Origin: Catajapyx aquilonaris
Lineage: Eukaryota
Direction of reading: 5' to 3'
Assembly: GCA_000934665.2 (NCBI GenBank)
Contig: KZ538710.1
Location: 1 to 52,215 of the forward strand
Length of the DNA stretch: 52,215 nt
The translations under genes were made by a program, and so were the position numbers. Shown piece after piece: positions 11,209 through 25,493 of the stretch (position 1 is the stretch's first letter; each line of letters begins with the position of its first letter). Under the pieces are notes generated by a model. It had not been told where the DNA came from, did not search any database, and saw only the letters and a program-made list of their open reading frames with translations.

Positions 11209-14200
11209 CGGACGGGAAAAATGGATTTTGTTTTCAAATATAAATTCTGTAGGTATCAGTGTTTTTGAATGTAATGTAGAGCAAACCAGTTCTTCTTCAT
11301 TAGTTTTATGCCACAAAAATACCGAAATAATTGCCCAAAAAAACATTAAACTATCACTTTTCATCAAAATGTCTCTTATTTTCGACCGATCATGGCAAAG
11401 ATGGCGGCTTATTTTTTCTTTCTCTCAAAAACATGGACCAAATCGAGAGAGTCAACACATCTTTCCAAGTAGAAAAAGCTTCCAGAGGTGTCCCCAGGAT
11501 CCATATCCGGAAGGAAAAGCGACTTGTCCCACCAGCTGTCCAACTTAAAACGGATTCGACCTATAGTCTGTCCCTTTCCCCTTTAGTATTGGATATCCGA
11601 GAAAAAAAAAGGTCGACGACAACTTCGGATCACGTTTTCTTACGACTTTGGTAAAAAAAGGGCAAGGAGAGAAAACACTATTTTGCATGCAGACTACAAC
11701 GCTCCTTTTCGCGAATTGCATCTGCCAACATGTATATTTTTTGCCATTTTCGAGCTGACGGAGACGTCACCTTTTTTTCATATATATTTCTCTCTTCTTT
11801 TCTTTCACTAGTGGGTCGGTCGAAAGAAAAGGTTGTCGTTCCAAGCATGATTCCCTGACTCAGATTTTGTCTCTGAAAAGTGAGGTGGAAGGGGTTCATT
11901 CCTCCAAGAAAATGAGGCGGATTTTTCCTATAGATGCAGATCCTCCATGTACGTGAGATTCTCTTTGATTACGTTATGAACTTTTGTTATGAACTATCTA
12001 ACAATGGACGGAAGCGAGGAAAATAGCACATTTTTTGTTTAGAAATCATATAGCTCAGTAGGAGATAAATGTAATAGGGTGTTTCAGAGAGGGTTGTTAA
12101 ATCATGCTTGAAATACTGGGGCAGGCGATATTAAATTTTTTTTTAAAGGCGAGTGAATTATTAACTGCTCCTAGATTCCTGCAGCTTATTAGTTCTTTCT
12201 ATGTATAACAAAAATTTAATTTAAAGTCCTACATTTTATATATTGATCGCATGTATTCTGCTAGTCCACGGCCTCGTAACCTAGGAACCTTTATTGTTGC
12301 ACATTCATCTTCTCTAAAACCAATGCTGCTGAGTTTACAAGAGCAGGGGGAGGCCATCTATTGTGCACATGAATCGTTAAAGCAAAGCTGTGTGTCTCAT
12401 TGTTCGTATAATGCTTCCCAAAGTAACAAGGTCTAGCTTGGCACAGATTTTCCTAGAAGAAAAAGAAAAATAGCAAGTGGCAACAATGGGGGTTGGGAAA
12501 GTGAATCGAGCTCTCTCTCTCTCACCCCCTCCAAGGAAATGGAAAATGAAATTAACCATTCCCTTGTGAATGTCAAATGAGGCCTTATTAAACCGTGAGG
12601 AGGGGTGGTCCACAAGTGTAAGAGAGAGAGATACCGTTGCTTTTGTTGGGTTGTATGTATGCGCAAGGTACTCCGCTAATTCCATTTAGTCGGTCGTCGC
12701 CAAAGGGAAAACGGATTTTGCGAAAGGGAGAGACCCCTTTTTGGTCCAGCATCTTAGTCAAAACCTCATTTTGAATTACTCAGAGATGTACATGAATAGG
12801 GATGTTGCTCCTGTGATCTTACAACATGAGGATACAAAAATTTATAGCACATCTCATCCAAACAAGTTCTTTGCCACACAAAAAGCACTTTAATATTTTT
12901 CGTGCTGTCATTAAATGAATATTGTAAAAAGTCACTTGAACAGGATGCATCTTCCCCAGCCATTTCCTAACAAATTCAGAGCCAGGGATAATGGACCGTG
13001 CCTTTAGCTTTTTCCGCCATTTTAAGGGTAATGATTTCCGCCACTTCCATTTTGCCCTCCTTTTCACCAGAGGAAATGGCGTCTCATTCTCCTCCTTTAA
13101 AACCCCCCCAGCTTCCATTTAACAGATCGTAAATTTGCATCGATGCGATCTTGCCAACATCTTGTTTTGACAGCCAGATCTGGGAAAAGTCAACGTCTTC
13201 TGAGGTGTAAATGTTATCCTGACTATCCATGGCAACCCTTCAGACATTTCAGATCAACCCGATGCCTACAATACAGGCGTTACATACTGCAATTATTATG
13301 TTAAATAATTCTCCCATAAATTATGATCCACTCTACCTTTTTTTTTTAGTTCATCGAGAGTTAATGCTCAGAAAATGAGTTATACGATCCCAGCCTGTCT
13401 TCTCCTCCATGTTAAGCATGAAGAGGGCTTTTTTTTAACAGTCTTTCTCTATACGTACTTTGGCCAAGGTACTTTCCTCTTCATCGCTATCATTCTTGAT
13501 TTAAGTATTTTCCACTGGAGTGGCCCTCCCTACGTAATAACTCGATAAAAAGTTGAGCTAGTTCTCCAGAAAATATGAAAGAGCTGAAGCCCCCTCCCCC
13601 CCCCCTTTTTCCTCTTTATTAAGACGTATAAGGCTTGCACCCTATGTTTTTCTCTACTTATTTTCCTTCCACATGCTCACGAATGAAGAAGGAAAATAAG
13701 ATAATTACAAAGGAGCTCTATCAAAGGGCTTCTGTCTAATACGAAAATCGATGTGAGCGCCTGTTCTAAGTACTCTTGTGCCTAATGAAAATTTTTTTTG
13801 ATAAAAATATGGGCATGTTATTCATTGGGCATGTTTTGAGCATACTGCTTTGTACCTGAATATTTGATTATGAAATTTGGCACCGTCTGTACTTCATTTC
13901 ACTGGTTTCCAGCCCTCAACATCAGGCAGCTCGATAATATATTCTCCGATATCAGCCTCACAATTGGTCCTGGAGACGGTTGTCTTGGGCGCGTCTGCAA
14001 CCCTTGATAATTGGGGAGGAAGGCCCAATTTAATAAGCAAAAAGCTTAGGAACGGAGATGATGTGAAGCAGAACTGCAAGTGTGATGCTACATTTAGAAT
14101 ATTATCATCAAACCCCCTCCATATTTCCTGCCATCCCCCTCAGTAATGATTATTGATCAGTACAAATCAGTCATAACTGCTCTGTAATGTGCATGAAAAT

Positions 14201-16431
14201 TAGGTTGCATGATGGTCCAATTTTGAAGCGACTGAACCCTTACGTAGCCAGGATTAGTCTGCAAACAGGCACGGCTCATTAATACTGAACAACTACAGTA
14301 GGCATGGAGAGCATACTGTAAACACCAAGATTTTGCCCCCCAGAAGTTACCTTAGCCATAATATTGGATAGATAAACATCGTTATGCGGAGCTTATGTTT
14401 GCCCAAAGTTTCAACCTCTTGAGATGGTAAAAAAATAAATAAAAAAGGACTCTTTCCAGGACTGATTTTTTTGCAGTCATTCGCAATATTTATTTCACTG
14501 TTCCATAAGTAGTGAAAAGCTGGGCTTGTTTTTTTGGACCGTTCATGTCTTCTTTAAGAGTGTGTACCACCCTGTGGTTGCTAATCACCTGAAGCACGAC
14601 AAGTGCATTTGGGTGCACCGCAAGCCTATACTCTCTCTGTCTCTCTCCTACAGTTCTGGTAGTCACAAAACCGGTGGCTTTTCAAAGCCCGCAAAGTGCA
14701 CCATGCCCTCCCCATCTCTGATGCATAATTTATGTCAGCCCAGTTTGCTTGCCTGCACTTATTCCCCCCACAAACAGCGTACCTCATACTATGTAATCCG
14801 ATGTTTTATGCTAAGCTCACCAGGATACTAATGGAATTAAAATAAAGTGGCTATATTGTTTCCGGTGAGGGTTTGTGTGTACTTGAATCCTACAGAGACA
14901 CTGTAACCATTACCAATATTTTTTCTCTCTCTTTGATATTCTGGGGCTGGCACGACACTATGCAAAGCGACCAAAAATCTTTCCAACTGTGCTTTCAATC
15001 GCATCCGTTGCCTCTCTCTGATTGCCATTCCGAATGGTGCCAGATGGTTTTGAAAACTAAATGAAGAGCTGTGTCTGCCATATCATCTCAAAAAACTTTA
15101 GGAGCACTCTTTCCCCCTCAACAGACGCTCACAGCAGCCAGAGATCGAAATGTGCCCAAAAAAGACGTTAAAAAAATATTGAGGGAACACCCCCCTCCCC
15201 CCCCCCCAATCCACCTTGTACACCTTCAGAAATATAAGCGTGTTGTTGGAAAAGAGCTAAAAAAGAACTGAGACGGAAAAAAGCAGTGATCTCCACTTAA
15301 GCTTTACGAGGCCGTAAACCGGTGCTCAAAAGCTTCCCGAGATAAAACCGTAAAATGTAATCGGAAGTATTAAATGTGGCGTGATGGTATTTTTCTTCAG
15401 CTGTGTTAATTGCTCTTGAGCATATACAAAAAAGACTCTAAGACAAAAAGAACAGGTTGTAATAAATCACTTTCAAAAAAGACGATCAATCGGAATGATG
15501 ATGAACTTTGATGTCATCAACTAGTAAGAAAGTGTTGGAGGGAGAAAGAGAGAGAAAAAAAAGGCGACTGACGTCAGAAAGACTTTTGCTTTATTTCCTC
15601 TTTTTTTCTTCCCTTGCGGTTAAGTGCTTCTTTTACCCCCCGGAACATTCGCAAGAAGAAGAAAAAAAAAGTTCGTCGCAATTCTAACCGCCTGAGGAAA
15701 TCATGGCCATAAAAATAAATTGCAAAAAAAATGGATTTTCAGACAGCGCTTGGATTTTCGGATGTAATTTCTGCTCAAAAAATTCTGCACGATTTGGTCA
15801 AATGTATAGTGAAACTATGGAACGTATAATATTAGCAAAATTAAACAGCTTTCAAAATAAGCAGCTTTCAAAATTTTATTTTTGGAGCATCCTGTACGTC
15901 ATTATATCTCGGTTAATTACCTTTCTTCAGGAAGAACAACAAGGTTTTCTTTTTTAGTTGTTAAAAATAGATCTACCTTGAGGGGCAACATTATCTTGAA
16001 CTCAATCTTCTTTTTATCAGAGAGCCCAAGGATATACGGTACAAAAGACAGGTTCTAGAATTAGCGTTTGATGTAATATCCTAAGAGTATACTTGAAGCA
16101 GATAACGAAAAATTTCTGCGAAAAAATAAGTTGCTCCAGAAATAAGCTGATAAAATAGTTGTTTTAAAAAATCCTGCTGTACACACAATCATGTCAAATT
16201 AACATATAGTCTCACCGAATAATTTTTTTGATTCCATATTATTGTTAAACAATGGCAGCCTATACAAACACTGCTCCTTTCAAATGCAGAACCGCAGAAC
16301 AATCGTGAGCAATATGGCACAGAATGGCTACGATAATTGCGCAAAACCGAGCTAAATTGGCCAATCCATCATCAGCTGACAATAATGTTAGTTATCAGGT
16401 TAAAATGTCTCGGACAATTGGAAAGGATTAC

Positions 16432-16950
16432 CTGACGTCATATGGAAACAGCGTGGCCAGATGAATGACGTCAGAGAAACAGTGTGGCCAGCTGTATGAC
16501 GTCAGGGGAAACAGTGTGGCCAGATGAATGACGTCATTTGGAAACAGTGTAGCCAGCTACTGACGTAATATGGAAACAGTGTGGCCAGCTACTGACGTAA
16601 TATGGAAACAGTGTGGCCAGCTGAATGACGCCAGGGGAAACAGTGTGGCCAGATGAATGACGTCATTTGGAAACAGTGTGACCAGCTACTGACGTAATAT
16701 GGAAACAGTGTGGCCAGCTGTATGATGCCATGTGAAGCAGTGTAGCCAGCTGATATACGTCACAGAAACTGTGGACAGCTCTATGCGGCTCTATGACACA
16801 TGGAAACAGTGTAGCCAGATGAATTATACACTATAATATGGAAATCGTGTAACCAGCTGTATGATGTCATGTGGAAACAGGTAGCCAGCTGAAACATGTC
16901 ACAGTAACCAGACGAATGACGTAATGAGTACAATTAACAGGGTGACCAGC
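16432..16950 (+). repeat. 32-33 bp minisatellite (GGAAACAGTGTGGCCAGATGAATGACGTCA...) decaying toward the 3' side
   Basis: About 15 units, with CRE-like TGACGT(C/A)A and CAGCTG/CAGATG E-box cores. Confidence 0.9.
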
Positions 16951-18360
16951 TGAAGTAGGTAAACTAGTGTCAATCTTTCTCTTGCTATAGTAGCCAGCTG
17001 GTTAAATCGTGGGACACGCCCCGTTAGGGTTTACAAGCGTCGTTATTTCGGTACCAGAGAATTCAATACCCATCGATCCCTTCCAGACTGAAGTCGTATA
17101 CCTTTTATATCGGGGTCCCAAGTTTCCATCACTGGCTGAGGGTTTATGTAACAGAATAACAAGCATAATCCGCAGGTGGTTGGCCACTTCGCAAAAGATT
17201 AACGACGGGTGCAAAATGTCGGAATCACCCCCCTCCTACCCACACCAACTAAGTATTAATCCTGGAAAGTGAAGTCCAGCAATATGGGAAAAGGGATATG
17301 CTTTTGGTTGGAGGTCAAACATGATAAGTCCGACTTATTTTTGGTCAAGTCCGGAGCAACAAAAGGGGAGGGTCGACCTTCGAGCTTTTGTTTGGCCCCG
17401 GGGCCGCCCTCTGAGCCACGAACCGCAATTAATCTGGTGGTAAAGCCGCACTTGCAAGCGGTAGGGATTTGCACGAGTAATCTTCAGAGGCGTGTGCATT
17501 TTTTTTTTCTCGATGAAACGGGGTAGAAAATGTCATGCAAGGTTTTATATCTCAAAGCAAGGTTGTCAACTATGCACAATAAATATATATTTTGATATCT
17601 GCGTGGTAAAATATTAATGCTAAAATCTGGGTGCTGAAATTGTCTGAATCTAGCCCCATTGTTCACCCTATTCTGGCAGAAGAAATTGAATTTGGGTAGT
17701 CCCATCCACCCACGACAAGAAGTGCTCAGTTTCCGGGGTTATGGATGAGCAGAAAGGGCATTTCCGTCACCGATTTTTTTTTGCACAAAAAAAGAACTTC
17801 GGACTTTGAATTCTGGGCGTAGGGGGGGGGTAGCGGGGGCTTGCCATGGTACACCCGAGACTAAATCGGAATACCCTCCGCATATGAAGCATCTCATAGG
17901 AATTTTGATGGGAAGGAAAGGCAGGCACCAAGGCAAAATATCGATTCCCCGTTTGTCGTCGACTCTTTTTTTTTCTTCTTTCTTCTTTATATACTTCGTC
18001 GGTTGACAAAGCACAGCAACCGAATCGACGTTAGCAATTTTCTACAGGGGAGGAAAATCCTCACAAAAAAAGCAGATTAAGCAAAGCGGAAACATCGCTG
18101 ACCAATGCCTATTCAAGCAAACTCGCAAATAAAAGGAGGATTGGCGCTATCTGCAAAAAACACACACGATTTTGCAAAACGTGCAGTCATGTTTTAGAAA
18201 ATAAAGCTTGATCACTCTCTAAATTCAAACTTTGTATGAACGAAAATTCAAGAGAATATCTCGACATTGCCTAAGGGCTATGGTGAAGCAAATATTAATC
18301 GGAGTCAATGATTATTTTGTAAAATTACATACGTTGCAACACATGTAAGAACATAACTAG

Positions 18361-18632
18361 TTGGCTCGCCATTGTAATTAATTATTGACTCAATAATATT
18401 TGGCTCCTCTGGACCCTACCAACAACAAACAAGGCTATGATGAAATAAATTTCCATCTGGCTGATACCAATTATTTTTTTTTTTTGCAAAAACAACTAGC
18501 AAAAAACCGCACACAATTTGGCTCATCCTAATCATTGTAATTAATACTAAGTACCTCATCTAAGACAAGGTGCACCATAATGTTTGACTCCTCTGGACCC
18601 CCTACTAACAACAACAAACAAGGGCTATTGAT
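18361..18632 (+). repeat. Diverged local duplication
   Basis: TTGGCTC..CATTGTAATTAAT...CTCCTCTGGACCC.TAC.AACAACAAACAAGG.CTAT occurs at ~18361-18441 and ~18518-18632. Confidence 0.7.
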
Positions 18633-19939
18633 CGGGAAAGGCCAAGGAGGCAATTCCGATGATCATATTATTGTTGATTGACTTCTTAATCAGGGTAATT
18701 GGAATTGCAAATTAAGTTGGATGGGTCGAGCTGTATTACGCCGCAGCTTCCAAAACCCCCCCTCCCTTCTCTTATTAATATAGAAAGAAGCAAAAAAAAA
18801 ATACTTGCTTGGCTCCTAACGACCATGTCACTTATACCCGAGGTCCTCATGAAATATGCAGCTAAACATTACACGAAAAAGCTTATCAGTTTTCCAGCCC
18901 CCGCGAGCTCTAATCTTGTCTTATGCATGCAAAAAAGAGGAGCAGCTTGATTATTGCCATTCCGAACATTGTTGTACACTTTATTTCGACACACAATCTA
19001 TCCTTTCGTGATGACAAGGGTTTAAAACTAAATTGGGCAGGGACAAAAAACAGGGGACGGGCATTTCAGTAATTAGCCTCTACAGTGCAGTGTCAGATGT
19101 CAATTTTAAATATTCAAGCCTTCCAGCGTAATTAGCGCACTTGCAAATTTGCTGATATTATTTCTGGACCTGAGCTTTGTCCTTGTGATCTGAAATAGAC
19201 TTCTAAGTGGAATGATATTTAAAGCAAATATTAAATGCTTCAAGGCTACAAAACTGCAACCAAAATTTTGTAAAGGACATTCAAATTTTTTCCCATCATT
19301 GGCTAAAAAAATTGCACATTATAATTCGCGGAATTGTTTAATCTAGAGCACAACCCCAGGAGGAACCCGTCTGTTTTCCACTTGGAAAAATGTCGCCATA
19401 ATTTTCGGGAGGCCAGTAGTGAGAACAAACGTCGCCTGCAAAATGTAATATTCTTCCAACTTGCGGGGTCTGTGGCCAAAAAATAAAACAAAAAGATGTC
19501 CCCCCCCCAAAGTAGAGCAGCTTTTCCAAACTCCTGCATTGCCTTCTTCCCCGTGTTCTTCCCACAGGAGATAAACAAAGAAGCCTCAACTTACCCCCAG
19601 CAAAGGAAATTAATCCAAACAAACTCCTTCCTCTTTATGACTTCACCTCTAGTTTTGAGGGGGACCATCCTCGACTCTTCTCCCCAAAAAAATTCTGATT
19701 TCGTTTGACTTTAGAAAAAAAAGGGGCTTAAGAGTCGTTTTCAACACCGTCTTGGTTACAACTGCCTTGGGGGTTATTTTCGTCTCCTTCTCTAACTTTA
19801 CTCGTTTTTTTTACCTTTGAAGAGTCTGGTAGAAAGAAATGGCCATTTTCACACCAAACTTTCCGAGCATGAACCGCAGACATCTTGGGGGAGAAAATTT
19901 TTTGTCATTAGTAGACATCTATGGCGAGAACCGCCATTT

Positions 19940-20306
19940 TAGACATCTTAAAAGTGACGTCTGTAAACATCTTCAAGATGACGTCATTGTAAACATCTTC
20001 AAGATGACGTCATTGTAAACATCTTCAAGATGACGTCATTGTAAACATCTTCAAGATGACGTAGATATCTTCAAAGTAACGTCTGTGGACATCTTTAAAA
20101 TGACGTCATTGTTCGTCATCTTCAAGACGTCATTGCTCGTCATCTTCAAGGTGACGTCATTGCTCGTCATCTTCAAGGTGAAGTCATTGTTCGTAATCTT
20201 CAAGGTGACGTCATTGTTCGTAATCTTCAAGGTGACGTCATTGCTCGTCATCTTCAAGGTGAAGTCATTGCTCGTCATCTTCAAGGTGACGTCATTGCTC
20301 GTCATT
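19940..20306 (+). repeat. 26/27-bp minisatellite with palindromic units (CATCTTCAAGATGACGTCATTG...)
   Basis: 26-bp units at 19963, 19989, 20015, 20041, then 27-bp units CGTCATCTTCAAGGTGACGTCATTGCT. Confidence 0.95.
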
Positions 20307-20895
20307 TAAGGCATGTTAGATACGGTTTTGTTTAAAACTCCACAATGACATAACATGTTGAATCCTTGACGTCACTGGCAAGCAATTTCGAATCACTCTT
20401 ATCATTTTGCTTGTGACACGATCGACCTCACGTCAAGGAGAGAGAAATCAGAAAATTTACTCCAAAGACATGAACTGGCGCCATATATCCATCCTTGAGG
20501 TCTTGTAGAAAAGGAGAGAGAGAGAAAAAAAAGAAAGAAAATGTGTGGAGAGCTGGAGAGATGAAACCAGAGCTCTCTAAGGTCCCTAAGCCATTCTTCT
20601 CACGTCTGTCGGCGCAATCGTTTTCACGTGACGTTTAGTCGATCCCCTTACATCAGCTACTCAATCGATTGAAAAATGCGTTCTAAGCGACTAGAGGGTT
20701 CTAGGCCTGACCACTCAGAGATACAGATGAAAAATGTAATTATTTTTGAAGGGGGAGGGGAAAATGAAGATGGGTTTCTATCTGGTGAAGAGTGTCCTTC
20801 TGGGAACCCCCTACAGAGATCCCAAATTGACAGAAATCGAAATATACACTTTTCCACTATTAGATTAATTTTTTTTTACTATCGCAACCTTTGCA

Positions 20896-21136
20896 GATAT
20901 AGCAGACCCTTTTCCGGGCACACTTCGGGTATAGTAGACCAGAATTCCACGCCAGATTATCCCTGACGTTATTTTAGCGACTTTTACATCAATTTCAGAT
21001 CAAACTATCGTCTCTATGGTACAAGAGTTTGACGTGAAATTGACGTAGAAGTCATTAAAATAACGTCAGGGATCATCTAGCGTGGAACTCTGGTCTATTA
21101 TAATCGAAATGTGTCCGGGAAAAGGTCTACTATATC
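20896..21136. mobile_element. ~240-bp imperfect fold-back element (MITE)
   Basis: GATATAGCAGACCCTTTTCCGGGCACAC...CCCTGACGTTATTTTA...TCAAACT mirrored by AGTTTGA...TAAAATAACGTCAGGG...GTGTCCGGGAAAAGGTCTACTATATC, with a ~19-bp spacer. Confidence 0.8.
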
Positions 21137-21208
21137 CGAGAATGTAAGAGACTCCGAAATTTCACACTAATCTTCTCAGGGGCCAAATTCACACAGGTAG
21201 CCTCTAAG

Positions 21209-21510
21209 GTTCGTTCCGGAGCATTGGCAACGTCGCAAAAGGGGCCATATTGTTACCCCTTCAATCGTAGTGTTGGAAACAATTTGCGCGAACTGTGTTG
21301 CTCATTCGGTTGCGCTCATTTAAAAAAAAATCATTGCAGTTACAGGCTCTGATGTTCGTCCCAGAGCCTCGACAACAAACGTCGGCCATTTTCTTCTCCT
21401 TTTAAAGCGTAGCGTTGGAAATAAGGCCTACAGCACACATCCACTATATGTCAGCTTACCAGATAATACCAACCCTGCAAGCTGCGCCAAAGGTGGTGCG
21501 CTCGTTACAA
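21209..21510 (+). repeat. Dispersed repeat family, two adjacent diverged copies (others at 22490-22632 minus and 43745-43925 plus)
   Basis: Shared TTGGCA.CGTCGCAAA...CCATATTGTT...CGTAG(C/T)GTTGGAAA(T/C)AA...GCGCGAACTGTG motifs. Confidence 0.65.
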
Positions 21511-21663
21511 AATGCATAATTCCTATTCGCTCTTTTGAAGCCACGACTCGTGGCGCCACCTGTACGACACCAATGTCCATAACTGCATTTTTCGGCTACA
21601 CTTTGGTATAGGGAGACCCTGCACTTTTACCTACTCTCCTAGGCATATATCTGCTGAATGATA

Positions 21664-21770
21664 GGCGTGGATCTGCTCAGGGATGGGCGTGGATCTGCTG
21701 AGGGATGGGGGTGGATCCGCTGAAGGAATGTGGTGTATCCGCTGTGGGATGGTGGTGTATCCGCCGGGAA
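21664..21770 (+). repeat. ~22-bp GC-rich tandem repeat (GGCGTGGATCTGCTSAGGGATG)
   Basis: 4-5 decaying copies. Confidence 0.8.
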
Positions 21771-22489
21771 GAAAGGTTAAGTCATGGAATAGGTTGGTTC
21801 AGCGCCACATTCGGTCTCCAATTACGAAAGTCCTTCCTATTTTTTTTCTTCCTCTGTTAGCAGTTGATGTAGTGCTAACATCATCGAGAATGGGTATATC
21901 GGCAAATAAAAGCCGACGGGAAAAGGGACATGAAGGACTAGGATGTATATAGCGTCAGGGGGTTTTGGTCCGAGATTCTTTGGCGTGTGGGAAATGCGGT
22001 TAACGAGGTCCTCTCTCGTGGCCTCTGGCTCCATAAAGGCGTTTGGGAAAAGGGTCCGCCACCACCAAATTGCATTGGCCTCGGCCCCGGATGTCGGCCT
22101 CTTTCAGGCTCCATCCCGGAAACTTACGGGGGCTGCACACATCTTCTGGGGAAGGTCAAACTCCCCAGCACCGCTTATTACATATCGTCCGTCTTCCGCC
22201 CCTAGGTCTGGCCTCGAGCTCAAAATATATCTATATATATAATACAGAGAGACGACGACTAAACTACGCTTGAGCACCCTCGGGGCTCTCAGGAGGAAAC
22301 ATCTGTTATGGCGTCTTCCTTCTTCGACTTTATTTACTTTCCTATACACTCTTAGATATTGGATTTTACGAACATGTCCGAGCCAATCCGCTTGCTTATT
22401 TCCGATCGAGTGGGAACAGGAAATGACATTTGCAGGTCAATGCACTGAGGTCACTGAAATATTTGGACCATCAGGTCATAGATACGAGA

Positions 22490-22632
22490 CAAACCTAGTG
22501 CGCACCACAGTTAGCGCAGCGTGCACGGTTGGCATTATCTCTGTACTGCGCTGCAATTATTTCCAACGCTACTCTTGGAGGGGGGACAATATTGGTGACG
22601 TTTGCGGCGTTGCCAAATCTCTGAAACGAACA
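22490..22632 (-). repeat. Inverted copy of the 21209/43745 dispersed repeat
   Basis: GTGCGCACCACAGTT..TTATTTCCAACGCTAC..CAATAT..TTTGCGGCGTTGCCAA is the reverse complement of 43745-43925. Confidence 0.7.
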
Positions 22633-23469
22633 TCCTTTGACGATGAACGATATGCCTATATCAGCTCCCCCCCAAAAAATGGGTTGAGGAGAGAATCAGC
22701 TGGACACTAATGTAGGAATTGTGTTAGTCGCGCAGCAAGCCGCAAATATTCACCTCCACAATATTATATATTATGAAGCCCCGTTTTCCCAGGCAGAAAT
22801 AGGCCATTAAATTTTCAATGAGCTACGTGATTAGATTACGTTTTATGAAGAAAGTTTCTTCCCTTCAACGCTGTGCCCCTCTTGTTTCCAAGGCGTAAGC
22901 CTATTGAAGGCCTCATTATTCAGGCATATAGACGGCGACATGAAAGACCTTTTTGCCGCCAGTCTATTCTGGGGACATCAGTCTGAAAACATGTAGTGCC
23001 ATACCTCTCACATAGATGCCTTCCTTCAACCTACTATACAGTCCAACTCTTACTTCCAACGTCCAATACCCGTTCCGTTCGTTAAAATAACAGCTCCTCA
23101 CTCAGCAAATACTGGAAGAATAAATTTTGCATTCGGGGAAACTGGGAGGAGAGCCAGAGGGTTTGAAGGGAAAAGGAAAGGAGAAGAAAACGGAAAGGAA
23201 AGGGAGGCCTTTTCCTTCCCTTCCCTTCCCTCTCCCTCCTTCTCGTTCCCTTCCCTTACTTTTTTTTTTACAGGAAAGCAGGGGGGGAGTGTAGGAATGG
23301 CAGGCCTTTCACTCCGTTTGACTGGAAATGCAGGATGCGGTTTCCTACTATGTGTAGCCCCCCCTGCAATAAAACCAGGTTTTCGATCGTTACGCGGGTT
23401 TTTTTTTGTAAAAGAATCACTTGCAATGTACTGGAAAGTTCCTTTCAATTTTACATAATACGTATTAGC

Positions 23470-23800
23470 AACTAATATTTCTGAGAGGTCCTATAAGCAA
23501 ATGCTCAAAAAATAATAATAATCAGTGTAGTACAATTTCAACGTAAGATGATATTGACAACTAATATTTTGATAGCTAATGAAATAGTTGCTAGTATTTT
23601 CAACTGATATTTTGATAGCTAATGAAATAGTTGTTAGTATTTTCAACTGATATTTTGATAGCTAATGAAATAGTTGCTAGTATTTTCAACTAATATTTTT
23701 GGTATGTCCTTAAAGTAACTTCAAAATAATAATAATAATCGGTATAGTGCTACATTTCAACGTATAGCTTAATATTGACAACAAACCTTTTTGATAGCTA
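23470..23800 (+). repeat. 43-bp tandem repeat (3+ copies at 23558, 23601, 23644, 23687) inside a larger diverged duplication
   Basis: CAACT(A/G)ATATTTTGATAGCTAATGAAATAGTTG(C/T)TAGTATTTT units. Confidence 0.9.
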
Positions 23801-25493
23801 CTAACTGTTTGAAGATAACTTGTTACTACTAATAAATGTCAGATATTAGATATTAATAATAGCAATTCCCGTGATAAAATTTTGGATTTTACTGATAAAA
23901 ATATTTTGGTAATTTTTCTTTTAAAAAAGGGAACACATTTGTTTCAATAGGGGTTACTATAACCCCTCCTTACCACACATGTCACGGTCTGTCACTCGGT
24001 TTGTCGTCCCTCCAACAGCCACCAACCACTGTGACGCATCGTGACGCTCCAAACAAAAAAAAATGCATACCGCATTTTAATTTATTCGAGTTTTTATTTT
24101 TGGATGGTTGGCAGCATGGAAATTCAGTTAATGTTATACGGCCAAAAATTTTGACGGATCTGTATCGCGGAAAAGCTGGTCTCCACGTCTCGCGGGATTT
24201 CATTTATTAACTCTATTACTATTGCAGCACAGTACTTTGACAGTGATTGGCAGTGGTTATGACGTCGGATTCATTAGAGGCCCAGTTGGAAACATTGCGC
24301 ATGGATGCTTCGAATCATACAAAAAAAAAGACTGGGCGGCTCATATCATTGCAGCAATTACCGAATGACGAAATTGTCGCCAATTTGTGCACAAAAAAAT
24401 GCAATACAGTATATATTACAGCCGCCTGAATGATTCTATTTCTGTGTAGATCTCCCTTAGTAACAGCTCTCTAACAACTAGAGTCCGATATTGGTTTCCC
24501 AACTGCAGCACACTTCCTTTGATGGTGTGACATCGGGCATTAAAAGATTCCTATTGACTCACAGACTCAGACCAGAAAAAAACTGACCACTTTCTACCCA
24601 ATATGTACACTACTATTGGCTTTAGCGGTCAGAGAGGGTGAGGCCCACTTCAATTGGAGGTGAGAAACTCGCTGGGCATAGTACCCTGGTGGGCTTTGTC
24701 CGCGCGGCGACTCATCACCAACGTGCATGTCCTGAGAGTGGCAGGATTTGCCATAATATATGAGACAGGCATGGTACAGACCCCCCTTTTAAAACGTAAA
24801 AAAACATGGTTCCCAGTACAAAACCGCCAGGTTCAGTCTGAGGGAAATTGGCGTTAATTAACGCCCGCTTTTCCACTCCGCGGACACGGATTAGATCATA
24901 ATCGATCCGGTTTTCTCTCTTCCCAAAAAAAAAATCCGGGGTGGATCCTGCACACAAAGGGATCCTCCCTGATTCTGCATCCGGTTAGAACCAGATCTCC
25001 CTCCCAAAAAAATACTGGGCACAAAAGGGTAGAGTGTGAAGGTATATAGAGAGAGTTGACATCTGTCAGTGACACTTGCATCACAGGTTAATAAACGCCA
25101 GTCATTCACACGATGTTTAGATATATCGATTTTTTGATCGATTTTTTTGGGAGAGGGGGGGGGGGTAAGTGTATAAAACAGTAGGCGCCACCTGGTACTG
25201 ACAAACTCCTAGTGTTTCTAACCGAAGAAGACAGAGAGAAAGAGGAAGGAAAGTAATGGTTTTTGGGTTGGAGAGTCTGATGAATGGGGGGTCTGGGACT
25301 ACCACCCACCACTTTCGCGTTTCTCATGCTTTCAATGTGGTCGCACCCAAGGACTTTGCTATAGCTGGTTGGTCCCATGAATCGTGGCTTTTGAGGGCTC
25401 CGGAGCAGCATCCTCTCTGGAGCCCTAGGATAAACACAGGGGGGGTTTTATTCAGGGTGGTAACATCCTAGTAAATCGTTATGCACTTGATAG

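Noticed and set aside
10853..11243. Repetitive ORFs (VIPRG / MTVPRG / WNDRSP) open in several frames
   Set aside because: Product of a stop-free 18-bp minisatellite; open on both strands, with no splice or domain support.
20051..20309. MTSNDVTLK / VIFKVTSLL repeat ORFs
   Set aside because: Translation of the 27-bp minisatellite.
21550..25200. CTCF-like GCGCCACCTG motifs at ~21553 and ~25184
   Set aside because: Only partial matches; expected by chance or within repeats in 52 kb.
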